From positions 290,979 to 354,978 of the forward strand of contig QPGO01000008.1 of NCBI GenBank assembly GCA_008632985.1: 64,000 nt of DNA, written 5' to 3'. How positions within the stretch are numbered: the first letter of the stretch is position 1; each line of letters begins with the position of its first letter. Shown in pieces: positions 35,187-45,879 of the stretch. Under the pieces are notes generated by a model. The model was not told where the DNA came from. It made no database searches and worked only from the letters and a program-made list of their open reading frames with translations. The translations under genes were made by a program, and so were the position numbers. Origin of the DNA: Psammoneis japonica. Lineage: Eukaryota.

Positions 35187-38100
35187 ATGGATGAATCGGC
35201 GTTGCACTCGGTGACAACGTCCGAATCAGATTGGGTGGAGCATTTCAATCCAACAGAGGACTTGAATTTTTGCGACGAGGATCTCCACTTGATTGAGGAC
35301 AGCTTGATGGACAAGCATGACAGAACCGAGCAGTCAAAGGACCGTCCAAAATGGAAAGTGGACAATGATGGGAAAGATGTTAAGATCACCTTTGGCCAAG
35401 CTCCCGTGTGGGAGACGGCCAAAGCCGAGATTCAGGGATGTCGCGAGAGGGTGCAAAAACTTACAGGAAAAGAATTCAAATCGATTGATCCTGTTGAGGA
35501 CATTGCGTTGCTGTTTGTGGGTGGTGCACGTCCTCTCATGCAACTTCTGGAGTCAGAGTTGTCGCTCAAGTTTCAAGAAGCTTCTCAATTTCTTGCCACC
35601 CACTGCAAGCAAAAGGCATGTCGGTTGTCAGTTGAAGAGTTGTGTGATGATGACGACATAAATTGTGCTGGGCCAATGACTAAAGAGAAGTGCAAAATGG
35701 TGTGGAAGTTAATGGGCCGTTCAGGCGATGCGTCATCGTCAACGGCTCGTAAGAAAAAGCCATTCTGGGAAAAATTCCAAGATGGGTTCAACGAGACGTG
35801 TCAAGAAACAAATGTGAGCCAGTCAGCATCCTTGATTGTTTCATTGGACGACGATAAAAAGAAAGCTGCAGTCAACAATGGAGATGACATGCTGGGTCTG
35901 AAGCAGGTTGTGCATGCAGACAAGCGAAAGGGCATCGTCGGTCACACAGCCGTGTCCCCTGCAACTCTTTTGATGTGCGGTGTTTGCTGGGAACGAGTGG
36001 GCGACACAACTTGTGATTGTCATGTAAATCTTGTTGAGACAACATTTGGATGGAGGCCAACGCTCGACCGAGTCACGTTTTGCTCTGATCACGGTTGTTG
36101 GACGATGAAGCTTCTTACATGCTTGCTCGAGAACAGAGCCGACATTCATGGGATGGTGAGGCGTCAGCATTGGCACCACTTCAACCACGACCAGACATTG
36201 AAGATCGGCGACCCCAGGGTTTTGATTGACACGACAGGGCCGGCAACACTTTGCACGGGGGCTGCATCGGTTTCGGAATGGAAAGTGGATATAAATGCTT
36301 TTCGAAACGGCACGAATGGCGTGGTGTTGTCTATGTCAACTATGCATCATGGTGCCCATTGGGATCTTGTCCTCAAGGGGGGGAAAGAGCAAGTGTCAAA
36401 GCGTGTTCCACTTGTTTTAAGTCCCGAATGTCGTCGTGCTCACACGTTCCGACGGTTTCTTGAAGATCAGCCAATTGATGAAGAGACGATCAAGGAATTG
36501 TCGAGGTTGAATGTTGATCATGTTACAGAGCATCAAGGTTATTCAGAATGGTTCCAAGGACGCAAGTGTGCATTGACCTCCTCTGGTTCTGATGCTCAAG
36601 TTTCAGTTCACCTTAGATTGGACAAAGCGCGAGAGCAGAGGCAGTCGCATTGGGTGTGCCTTGAGAAGCATCTCGACACGGCATCTGGTGTCGAAGATTT
36701 GGTGTCTCAAAATGATGACGATGATGATGCGGCACCGGCTCAGAATGGCAACATGATGCCACTGCACAATCCAATCCAATGACTGTTGGTGAAGGGAATG
36801 CTGCTGGCTCAGAGGACACCGATGATGATGACATTGTAGATTGGGCTGAGTTGGAAAAACACTTAGATTCAGACATGGAAGAGGAGGAGCGGATTTCTGT
36901 TGTCGAGAGTCGCCGTTGGGAAGCAAAGGAGGCGATGAAGAAAGCAAAGGAAATTCTTAGTGATGCAGTTGACTCCACCGAACGAAATGAGGTGTTGCGA
37001 GCCAAACTAACATCGGAGTTGAAAGCTGGCGAGCACAAGGATCTCCTGAAGGCGTTCGTCAAACAAATGGGGTGGAAGGTTTGTAAGACGCACAAGGCAA
37101 ACCTGAAAAACGCAGTTACGTGGCTAGAGTGTACCCCCGCCTCTCGACCCTACATCGTGCTGAACAAGGAGCAACTGAAGGTAAGCATGTGTAATTGCTG
37201 CTACTGACATTGTTTTACTATAGATCTAACCGAGTCGCTCCGAACCATTATTTGCTGACAAAGGCAAAATACCGAGAATGTATTAACAGCACGATACCGT
37301 CGAGTGTGACAAAAAACGATGACTTCATAGCGATTCTGAGCGGTGAAGTCTCCGCACCAGTTGCAAGAGATGGCGACAGTGAGCCAAAATGCCACTGGAA
37401 GCAATGGTGAAAACCACTTTTCTTCCACCACTCAAAGGTGAGGCGGCGGAGCTCTGTAGATTGGGACATGAGATGGAAGAACAGTACGGAAAAGATTTTC
37501 TTGGTGTTGCAAGCGGCGAAGGAGTGCGACTCGAAAACGGATCCGTATTTGTTGCAAACAATCTCTTCAGAGCCGGCCTGATACAGAAGCAAAATCGCCC
37601 TTATCAAAAGGACAGTCCAGACTTCCTCTGCACTGGAACAATAGACGATAAGCGAATCGTAGCGGTTGTCGAGATGAAGGCGCGTTGCAAATCTACTACC
37701 GCCGCCAAGGAGCGTCAGCGCATCTCCGAAGTTGGTGAATTTTCGTTTGTATCATGTGATTCGCCTGAGTTACGCAAGTTCATACTTAAACGTTCAGAGG
37801 CAGTTCAGGTGAGCTGATGCACGGAATAACTATTTGATACTGTCGTTGTAACGGTAACTCACCTCAGTCTCCACGACTTCCTCGCTACAGTGCGCTCATC
37901 ATGCAAGCACCCTTGGAGTCAACCACGTCATTCTTGCCACTGGAGACAGAGTAGGCCTTACAGCAATGGTGGTTATTGAGTACTCCGACGAGTTCCTTGA
38001 AAACTACGAAAAGTGCATCAACGACATGTACGAGTCGGCATTGAAGTGGGCATACGAGGAGGGCGTCGACATTCCAACGGAAGAGCTCAAGGCTGCTGTG

Positions 38101-38996
38101 AAAACTGCACGAGTAAAGGTGGACTATGAGTCATTTATGAAATCGGTTTACTTTTGGAAAGAACTGACGAAGCCTCAGTACTTACCACTCCCACCGTGCG
38201 AGAGGATCATTCCCATGCAGGATGCGTACTGGAACAACACCAGCATGGGTCGGACGTCAAAACCCAGTACTGCCAAAACCTATCAGCCCCAATTCCTGTC
38301 ACATCTGCCGGAGCTAAGGCATACGACCGCATGCAAATGACAGCACTATCCGACATCCACAAAGGCGCTACCATGTTTATTACCAAGGAAGATCTCAACC
38401 AGTACAATTCCCTTCACGACTTCAGAGACGATGCAAAGCACAAGATGAGCTTCAGAAAAGCACTCCTTCGATTGTCTAAGTTTTTCAAGAAGCTGAGCCA
38501 GCAAAATCTCCAAAGTGGAATTGGTTCTCCTTCGTCTTTTACAGGGATCGTTACACCATCACCAGCAACTCCAGTACAGCCGCCGAGGTGGATGCGCGGT
38601 GAAATTCAAAAGGAACCAACCAATTTTGTAGCAAAAGGAACTGGAAAGTCTCCCAAGCGCTCTCACCTAGAAGCTCTACTGAAACCAAAGGACAGTTCTG
38701 AAGAGGTCCCTTCCAAGCGATTCAAGAGTTGTCGGGGTGTACCTGTGTTCAGAGCAAATGAAAACAATGGAAGTAAGAAAGGGAGTGGAGCTTTGGCGCG
38801 ATGTATCATGTGCGACTCCAAGACACATTGGTATTGCTCTGGCTGTCGTCAATGGTATTGTTGCGATAGTCCCCGTCCGCAAAGCGCTGGAGTCCCATAC
38901 TTTCAAGATTCGTCAACGTACCGTGATGGGAAAAACAGGGATCGACCAATCGCCGGCGTGTACACATGCTTATGCACTGTCACCCATCCATTGTGA
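35187..38996 (+). pseudogene. piggyBac-like DDD transposase with inserted YqaJ/lambda-exonuclease domain and C-terminal Cys-rich domain; introns 37181-37263 and 37809-37890; frameshifts near 36775, 37388, 38242
   Basis: DDD motifs SLDDDK, SDHGCW (=SDRGYW) and YWN..HGSD..TQ. YqaJ motifs QGYSEWFQGRKCALTSS, LGHEME, SPD, VEMK, VQCAHH. Terminal CIMCDSKTHWYCSGCRQWYC. Confidence 0.75.
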
Positions 38997-39179
38997 ACCA
39001 GGGATAGTAATATGTATTTGTATTTAGTGAATATATCATCTTTTTGACCACCGGCGTAATTGTAGTACTTTGGAATATCATTTGTTGACAAGACGAGCGT
39101 CGCTTGTGTTGATGCTTTATCAATGAGAGCCGGTGTTTGTTTTGCACGTACAACTCGGTATGAAACCTACAGGGGCGTC

Positions 39180-39245
39180 GTTCGTGCCCACAGGAGCACG
39201 AACTTTTGCGTTCGTGCCCACACGCGCACGAAACTATCACGCGGG
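39180..39245. repeat. Right subterminal palindromic repeats and TIR of the piggyBac-like element
   Basis: GTTCGTGCCCACAGGAGCACGAAC and GTTCGTGCCCACACGCGCACGAAA in tandem; one copy at the left end (34781-34803). Confidence 0.8.
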
Positions 39246-39501
39246 TTATGACCGCACTTACCATACCGCGGATACGTTTTCTGGTCTTTCGGTCATCATT
39301 TGCGTAGGGATGCTTTCTCATGACGTCACCAGTCGCTCATAACCCACCTGCCACCGAGCCACGAGACGCGAGACGCGAGACCAAAATCCCACGGCCGACG
39401 ATGATGAGCTGAGCCATTATTTGTTTTCCGCCGCACTCTTCGTTATTGCCGCACTGTAGTCTCATCCCTTTCTCCATTCTAGATAGTTTATTGTGTATGA
39501 T

Positions 39502-41316
39502 ATGGTTGCTAACGCCAGTGCTTCGCTACGGTTATTTCCGAAAAGCAGCTTGAGCAGGAGTCGTTTGCTTCGCAGACACGATGCAAATCGCGTAGTAGTG
39601 GCTAGATGGCAGCATTCCAAGAGCCACTTTTCGAGTTACGAGTATCCACTTCGCAACGAGGCGCCCGTCGTGACCCGAACGACAGCCGCAGAAGCTGCTC
39701 TTGCGGCTTCTGCAGAAGACGAAGGTCAGAAGCCTCCGATTTCAACACGCAACAGACACGAAGAAGATCGCTTTGACGATGAAGGAAGTATGAGTCATTT
39801 GGAAGCCTTGTCTAGACGACGGCTCCAAAAACAGTGGCTGACAACGTCGCTCGTCCATAAGCAACCTATTGAACCACAACCACCAGCGTCAATTCCTCCA
39901 AACGTTGCCAGTACGGAACTCGAAATGCCTCATACGGAAATATCGACTCTTGACAATGGCATTCGTGTCGCGTCACAGGAAACCTATGGACAAGTCACCA
40001 CGGTTGGAGTCTTGAGCAATGTCGGATCTCGTCATGAAAAGCACACGGGTGTGACGCACTTGTTGGAACTCTTGGCGTTTCGATCGACGAAATCATACGA
40101 GTCTGCGGTGGATATTTTTGAAGTTCTTCAGGATTGGGGTGGAGCTAGTTTCTGCAATACCAATCGCGAACAAACTCTGCACTGCATTGATGTCCTTCGA
40201 CCCAACACAGCAAAGGCCATGTCGTTACTACAGGAAGTCTTGCTGGAACCTAACTTTCTACCGGAAGAGGTGGAGGATTGTAAACGCGCAATTCAATTTC
40301 AAACCATGGATGTCATGCCGGAAGTGTTGCTTGGAGAAGCTCTCAATTGCGCTGCATATGGACGCGACCAGCAATTGGGACAGCCACACTTTTGTGAGTA
40401 CGATACAAGATACGAACATGGAGAGGATGCTTGTTGTCTTGCTGAACTAATCTCATACTGTTCCTCATCATCTTCAGGTCCGCTCGAAGCACTTGATAAC
40501 TTAACGGTCGATACCGTTCGTGAGTACTCCCAATGCATTGTCAACAATCCTAGTGGTTTAGTTATCGCTGGTGCTGGAATTGGACACGCTGAATTGAGAG
40601 ACATGGCAGAGGAACACTTTGGCCATTTAAAATCTGGAGACAATATACCCGAGACAATTGATTCCATCTATCGTGGTGGACAGCACGTTGTGCAACACGA
40701 GTCGCCCATGGATAGGTTTACAAGAATTGCAATTGGCTTTGAGGTGGGCGGCTGGCATTCCGATGATTTGGTTCCAACTTGTGTCTTGCAAACCCTCTTG
40801 GGCGGTGGCAATTCGTTTTCAGCCGGTGGTCCGGGCAAGGGCATGTACTCGCGGCTCTACCGGCAAGTGCTGAATCGATATTCATGGGCCGAATCTGCCG
40901 AAGCCTTTACATCCTTTCACACGGAATCGGGTCTGTGGGGTATGAGCGCGAGTTGTGATGCGGCTCGCCTGAGGGATGTGTCACAGGTTCTGGTCGATCA
41001 CTTTTGTAGATTGACACTCGAAGAGGTGTCGGACGAGGAATTAAGCCGCGCCCGCAACATGCTGAAATGTAATGTCTTGACTCAATTGGAATCGCGTCTC
41101 GTTCTCTTTGAAGATGTTGGACGACAAGTGTTGACGTACGGTCATCGAGAGGAAACTCAAGAAATGTGTGACAAGATTGATGCCGTAACAGCGGACGACT
41201 TGTTGCAGTTGGCGCGTCGGGCCTTGTCAAAAGCACCCACCATTGCGGCTGTTGGACCCAATGTGAATTTGACCAGCATGCCGACGCAACAGGAAATTCA
41301 ACGGTGGATTGGATAA
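39502..41316 (+). CDS. PMPCA: Mitochondrial processing peptidase alpha subunit; in-frame intron 40394-40477
   Basis: M16 peptidase N-terminus (TLDNGIRVAS, GSRHE, GVTHLLELLAF) and glycine loop GGGNSFSAGGPGKGMYSRLY. Removing the 84-nt GTGAGT...CAG intron restores HFCPLE. Confidence 0.95.
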   Translation: MVANASASLRLFPKSSLSRSRLLRRHDANRVVVARWQHSKSHFSSYEYPLRNEAPVVTRTTAAEAALAASAEDEGQKPPISTRNRHEEDRFDDEGSMSHLEALSRRRLQKQWLTTSLVHKQPIEPQPPASIPPNVASTELEMPHTEISTLDNGIRVASQETYGQVTTVGVLSNVGSRHEKHTGVTHLLELLAFRSTKSYESAVDIFEVLQDWGGASFCNTNREQTLHCIDVLRPNTAKAMSLLQEVLLEPNFLPEEVEDCKRAIQFQTMDVMPEVLLGEALNCAAYGRDQQLGQPHFCEYDTRYEHGEDACCLAELISYCSSSSSGPLEALDNLTVDTVREYSQCIVNNPSGLVIAGAGIGHAELRDMAEEHFGHLKSGDNIPETIDSIYRGGQHVVQHESPMDRFTRIAIGFEVGGWHSDDLVPTCVLQTLLGGGNSFSAGGPGKGMYSRLYRQVLNRYSWAESAEAFTSFHTESGLWGMSASCDAARLRDVSQVLVDHFCRLTLEEVSDEELSRARNMLKCNVLTQLESRLVLFEDVGRQVLTYGHREETQEMCDKIDAVTADDLLQLARRALSKAPTIAAVGPNVNLTSMPTQQEIQRWIG

Positions 41317-41859
41317 TTATGTCGCACTTGAGATCGTTTGTTTGTGCGTTTCGTATTCCGCTACGCAAACACCCGATTTTGTTGTATTTTACAAGGACGT
41401 GTGCTAAATCATAAAGGCGTTAAGGGTACTTTTTTCTTGCAGTTCTTGTAGCAGTAGATAAGCCAATATGAAATAGCGGGAAATCAGAACGACACGAGCT
41501 TCTGGACGCCACTACGATTCCAGACCATTGGGAGAGCTTGTGTATCCTGCGTCACGCGACGCTTTCCTTTACGCCCAACCAAATGAGGGGTCCGTTGAGC
41601 GATGGGATCTACTTTCAAACCTTTATTAACTAATGTTGCACCGCTTTCGCCTTCATTTCGCTTCCATCACGGAAATGCTTCCATCCGACAAAAATCGCGC
41701 GAACTTCCTTCCGACGTGACGTCATTGACATTTTTCCCGCCAACCGAGAAAAGAACATCACAACCCGACACAAAAACACAGCACTGAACACACATCATCA
41801 CTCACTTTTATTGCTGCTGCTATTGTGTTGGAGCAGCCCTACAGTACACTATCAGCACA

Positions 41860-42909
41860 ATGCCAAAAACGAGAAGCCGCATTGCCGCCATTGAGGCCGC
41901 CGCCAAGCGCGAGAGCAACAAACGCCAACTCGCAACGTTCTCCAAGGCCTCGACGAGGAGTCGTAGTAAAACCAGCAGGAAGCGGGTCAAGCGAAAGAAG
42001 AATACTACAACTCCAGTCCACGAATTGGAGTACGACAATCTCGTTGTGTACGCCGGTATGGAGCATCTACCCGAAGAAGTGAATGGTGTAAAGGAACCGG
42101 ATTGGGAATCGCTTTTCCCCGTTTCTACCAAGCCGGACGAGGAGTACCGCATTCCACCGCGCATGGCGTCCGTGCTTTACGACGAAGCCATTATCATTGT
42201 TGATGACGTTCGTCTCTTTTCTCCTCGTGGTGGAGGATGCTCTGGAGAACTACCACGAATCTTGAGAAAGTACTTTTGTGGTTGCAGCAACAAAAGGCAC
42301 CGCATCCAGCTTCTTGCGTGCTTTGATCGAATCATTCAACGACTCGGCAAGGGGATCTTTCCTCGTGCAAACTGTGTTGGAGAAATTGTGGCTCTTCAAA
42401 TCATTACCGAGTGTGCTGAACTCAGTGAGAATTTTTTCAGCGTCAATGACAACAACATTCATCTACCAACTACCAAACACGACGAGGACTTTGATTTGCT
42501 TCGAAAGCACTTGTTTGATTACAACGCTATTGTTGCACTTAGTATTATCTTTGAACGAAACGTCGATATTGACCGATATTACTACGGTATCTCCGACGAA
42601 GAAGAAGAAGGGCAACAGGGTGACTGCTTCGGTGACAACGACAGCCACCAAACGGAAACAACCAAGGAATCGATTCTCCGTAAACTCCAGCATTGGCAAG
42701 TGTCTCCGCAGGAAGTTGTAGCCACCAAGAAGCTTCCTTCACGAGATAGAATGATTCGCAGTTCCAAGAAACAAGTAGCAAAGCATTTGCCCGGTCTCCA
42801 GGCGGACTTTGCTTTTGAGGCCGATGTGGCGTCCAAGATGCTTTTCAACTTGCATACTGGACGGTGGTTTGTGGCTTTGTCGGAAGCGGACTTTACCAAC
42901 CACCTGTAG
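41860..42909 (+). CDS. Hypothetical protein, 349 aa, basic N-terminus
   Basis: Long ATG-initiated ORF of normal composition. No family recognised. Confidence 0.7.
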   Translation: MPKTRSRIAAIEAAAKRESNKRQLATFSKASTRSRSKTSRKRVKRKKNTTTPVHELEYDNLVVYAGMEHLPEEVNGVKEPDWESLFPVSTKPDEEYRIPPRMASVLYDEAIIIVDDVRLFSPRGGGCSGELPRILRKYFCGCSNKRHRIQLLACFDRIIQRLGKGIFPRANCVGEIVALQIITECAELSENFFSVNDNNIHLPTTKHDEDFDLLRKHLFDYNAIVALSIIFERNVDIDRYYYGISDEEEEGQQGDCFGDNDSHQTETTKESILRKLQHWQVSPQEVVATKKLPSRDRMIRSSKKQVAKHLPGLQADFAFEADVASKMLFNLHTGRWFVALSEADFTNHL

Positions 42910-43252
42910 AGCTGTAGGAAGGGACCAGTCAAAAAGAATCTTTGATTGTATTGGAGGGATATTGGTGGTTTGTAACCTTGTCGGACTCAAACTTGATCAG
43001 TCTTTCGCATACGGGTACCACGACAATGGAAGCCGTTTGTGACCTTGTCGGACATGAACATTAACCAATTGTTTTGCTGGCATTCCCTTCTATGAAAGTA
43101 TACTGTCGTCATGTTGGACATGTTCTGTACAGTATCAACCAGGACTTGTGGAGAGAAAGAATTCAAACAACTGTTGTACCGTTCTTCTAATCAATAACTT
43201 TCGTTTCACCGACTACACTACCGTATTATATTACTTCTACCAAGATGATTCC

Positions 43253-44094
43253 TCAGCGAACTAAACCCAGAGTCTTGACCACACGACGATATGATTCAAA
43301 GTCCTTGCGCTCCATGTAATCCAAAAGCTTGCGCCTGCGTACATAGAGAGCATCCAATCCTCGTTTGCCAGATTTGTCCTTTTTGTGCGTACGCAAATGT
43401 GTCTGAACTTGTTGAATCCGCGTCGTCAACGCAATCACTAAATACAGCGAGAAAAAGCAACCAAAATAAAGAGGGCAATCAGAGAACGCCTTCTGTAGTA
43501 ACAGAGACTGAAGATATCAACGAAACAGACAAAAATACCTTGCACAGCACTCGATCCCGTGTCACCCTCTCTCAGTTGAAATAATTCCATACCACGTTGC
43601 TTCTGAGCCTTGATAACTTCGGATTGATTTCCATTGGTCAGATCAAACAACTTTCGGACACGATCACTCATTTTGAGTCCTTCAAAGTGAAATCTCAGAA
43701 GCGGCTCTTGTTGGCTCCGCTCCAATCGCCGCTGGTGCATGGCTTCTGACGCCTCCTTTTCCAACGCTTTTGCTTGTTGATCTCGTTCTACTCGTGATGG
43801 AGCGTTCAATACGACGTTATCCTCTATCGAAATATAGTTAGGTGGCTTGGATGGGAAGATACCCCGAGCTGCGTTTGCAGCCTTGCGTTCCTTCTTCTCC
43901 AAGCGTCGACGTTTGGTTTTCGTCATGCGGCACCGAATCTGTTGCTTTTGAGATAAGCTCGTTTCTGCTATAAGAAGACTGTTAGTTGTCACGCATGACG
44001 AAGTTGCAACAAGCTGCCTTGCCAACAACGGCGATGACAAGGACGATCTCAGCAGCAGGAACGTCATGCTCACCGTGCTTTTTGCTGTCGCCAT
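43253..44094 (-). CDS. MRPS15: Mitochondrial ribosomal protein uS15; exons 44094-43539 and 43437-43253
   Basis: GDTGSSAVQ|VIALTTRI...HKKDKSGKRGL...RRRKLLDYM after a 101-nt GT-AG intron. Presequence-like N-terminus; alternative start at 44067. Confidence 0.92.
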
Positions 44095-44949
44095 ACCGGT
44101 ACCAATAACCTTACCTTGGGGGGCGTCTTTGGATGGAAGTGAGATCGTCGAAGGCGGTCTGATCGCCAGTGCGTTTGGGGGTTTTCCCAGTACGTCCCCC
44201 AACCTACCGGTACCGGTATGAGATACGACCTACCGTGCTGATAGGCCTACGCAAGCTCCGCTGCCATGGATCATGGACAGACCGATGTTGCTTTCTAATG
44301 ATGTCTGCTGCTCTACTCTAGCTAGCTAGAGACCACTCTACTCTCTACAAGTGCCACAGTAGAAAGTCTCTAGAGTAGAGAGAGAGAGAGTAGAGAGACT
44401 AGCCCTGCCACAGGGTCTAACACTTTTGTGATTATTTTGCCGGCAGCTGCTCTCTGGAGAGAGCCCTCCACACTCTAGCTGGAGAGAAGTGGTGGCTGCT
44501 GACTTCCAGCAGCTGGCCACTTGTGGGCAGAGAGAGAGAGAGAGAGAGAAGCAGTGGCATTCACAGTGGCAGTGGCTGCTCTCTAGCTAGTGGGCTGGCT
44601 GCAGCAGCGCTCTCTAGAGCAGAGAGACATCGCGGCTGCGCAGCCGCTTCCGTCACCCGTCACCCAGTTTCATCGTCCGAGGCTCATCGTAAGCAGCATC
44701 AATGAAATGTCTTGTGCGGGCGCAACATAAGTAAAATCTAAGCGCGACAATGACAAGCATTCAAAGATGGCACGCACTGTGTTTCTGCAGCATGCACAGC
44801 ATCGCTGAGCTGCAGCAGACAAACAAACAGCAACACACTGAACATTTGCACCTTTTAACCTCTTCGCGTGACCACACTGTGCCTTCGTTTTCGATCCTTC
44901 TACACAAAGTCGTACAAATGACACAACATGTGCAATGACGCACCAGTGG

Positions 44950-45870
44950 AGCGAAACAGCAAAATCCGGCATGGAGCCTCAATCGCACGCTCCCCAACCA
45001 CCGCACTCCAGGGGCCAGTGCACATGGGGTCGTTGTCAATGAAAAGGGTCTCGGAGCCAGCGTCATTGACGCATGCATCCACAAAGTTGTTCATGACTTT
45101 GGTTTTCTTGACCGCAGTGTCCGCACTGCCGACAAGAACTCTGACACCAGTGCCAACATTTTCAATCTCGTTGCCATCCAGAAAAGTGGAAGGATGTTTG
45201 CATGAGCACAATGCCATCGCTGCAGGAGCCGACGTTTGAGATTTTGTTCTTTTTGATGAGGCAGTCAAAGCAACTGTCCATGTCAATGCCAGTGCCAGCA
45301 GAGATGATGCCGTCAATCAGATTGTCGTCGATGACAGTGCCTTCTCCATCTGGAGCTTCAATGCCAGTGTTCCCTGAGTCTTGGATGATGTTGTCCTTGA
45401 CAAAGCTGTCGATGCCATCACCGTGAACAATGCCAGCCACACCAGAGTCATCAATGGCATTCTCCTTGATCTTGTTTTCATCCCCTGGGACAATGATGCC
45501 ACCGAGACAGTCTGCAACAAGGTTTTTCTTGATTGTGTTGTCAGCCAAGTCAAATGAGCCTGGCACAGCACCAGAGCTGAAGGCGACCCCAACGTTGTTT
45601 CCTGAGGCACACATGATTGAGTTTTCCTTGACAGTGTTCTCGTCCACAAACACTTGCCCACCACAACCAGCATCATCAACAGCCTCAACAGAAGTCTTGT
45701 GCTGCAACACGACGCCGGCACTGGCAGCCGCTGCAAAACCAGGCGACACGTCCGTGAATGACATTCTTTTCAACGTTGACTTTGACAGAGTTGACAAGAT
45801 TGACTCCAATGTCAGATGAACTGATTTCATTCTCCCTGACATCCGTGTCCTCCCCTGGGCAGAACAAGGT
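44950..45870 (-). pseudogene. Right-handed parallel beta-helix (PbH1/NosD-like) protein pseudogene, 5' truncated
   Basis: Repeats of ~22-25 aa such as IKKNLVADCLGGIIV, IKENAIDDSGVAGIV, VKDNIIQDSGNTGIE and IDDNLIDG. Frameshifts; no Tyr. Confidence 0.75.
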
Positions 45871-45879
45871 GATCGCAGA

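Larger units (their letters stand above)
34749..39245 (+). mobile_element. piggyBac-like DNA transposon (~4.5 kb) with imperfect TIRs and TTAT-type target-site duplication
   Basis: Left end CCCCCGTGAAGATTTTCGT vs right end reverse complement CCCGCGTGATAGTTTCGT. Flanks are TTGT (34745-48) and TTAT (39246-49). Subterminal quasi-palindrome TTCGTGCCCACAGG(G/A)GCACGAA at both ends. Confidence 0.75.

Noticed and set aside
35187..36782. Alternative genetic code in which Cys/His codons encode Tyr
   Set aside because: Neighbouring housekeeping genes use TAY for conserved Tyr (e.g. GKGMYSRLY), and Leu, Ile and Val codons are affected too.
39180..39235. CRISPR-like palindromic repeats
   Set aside because: Only two adjacent copies plus one 4.4 kb away, no spacers or cas genes, eukaryotic context; better explained as transposon subterminal repeats.
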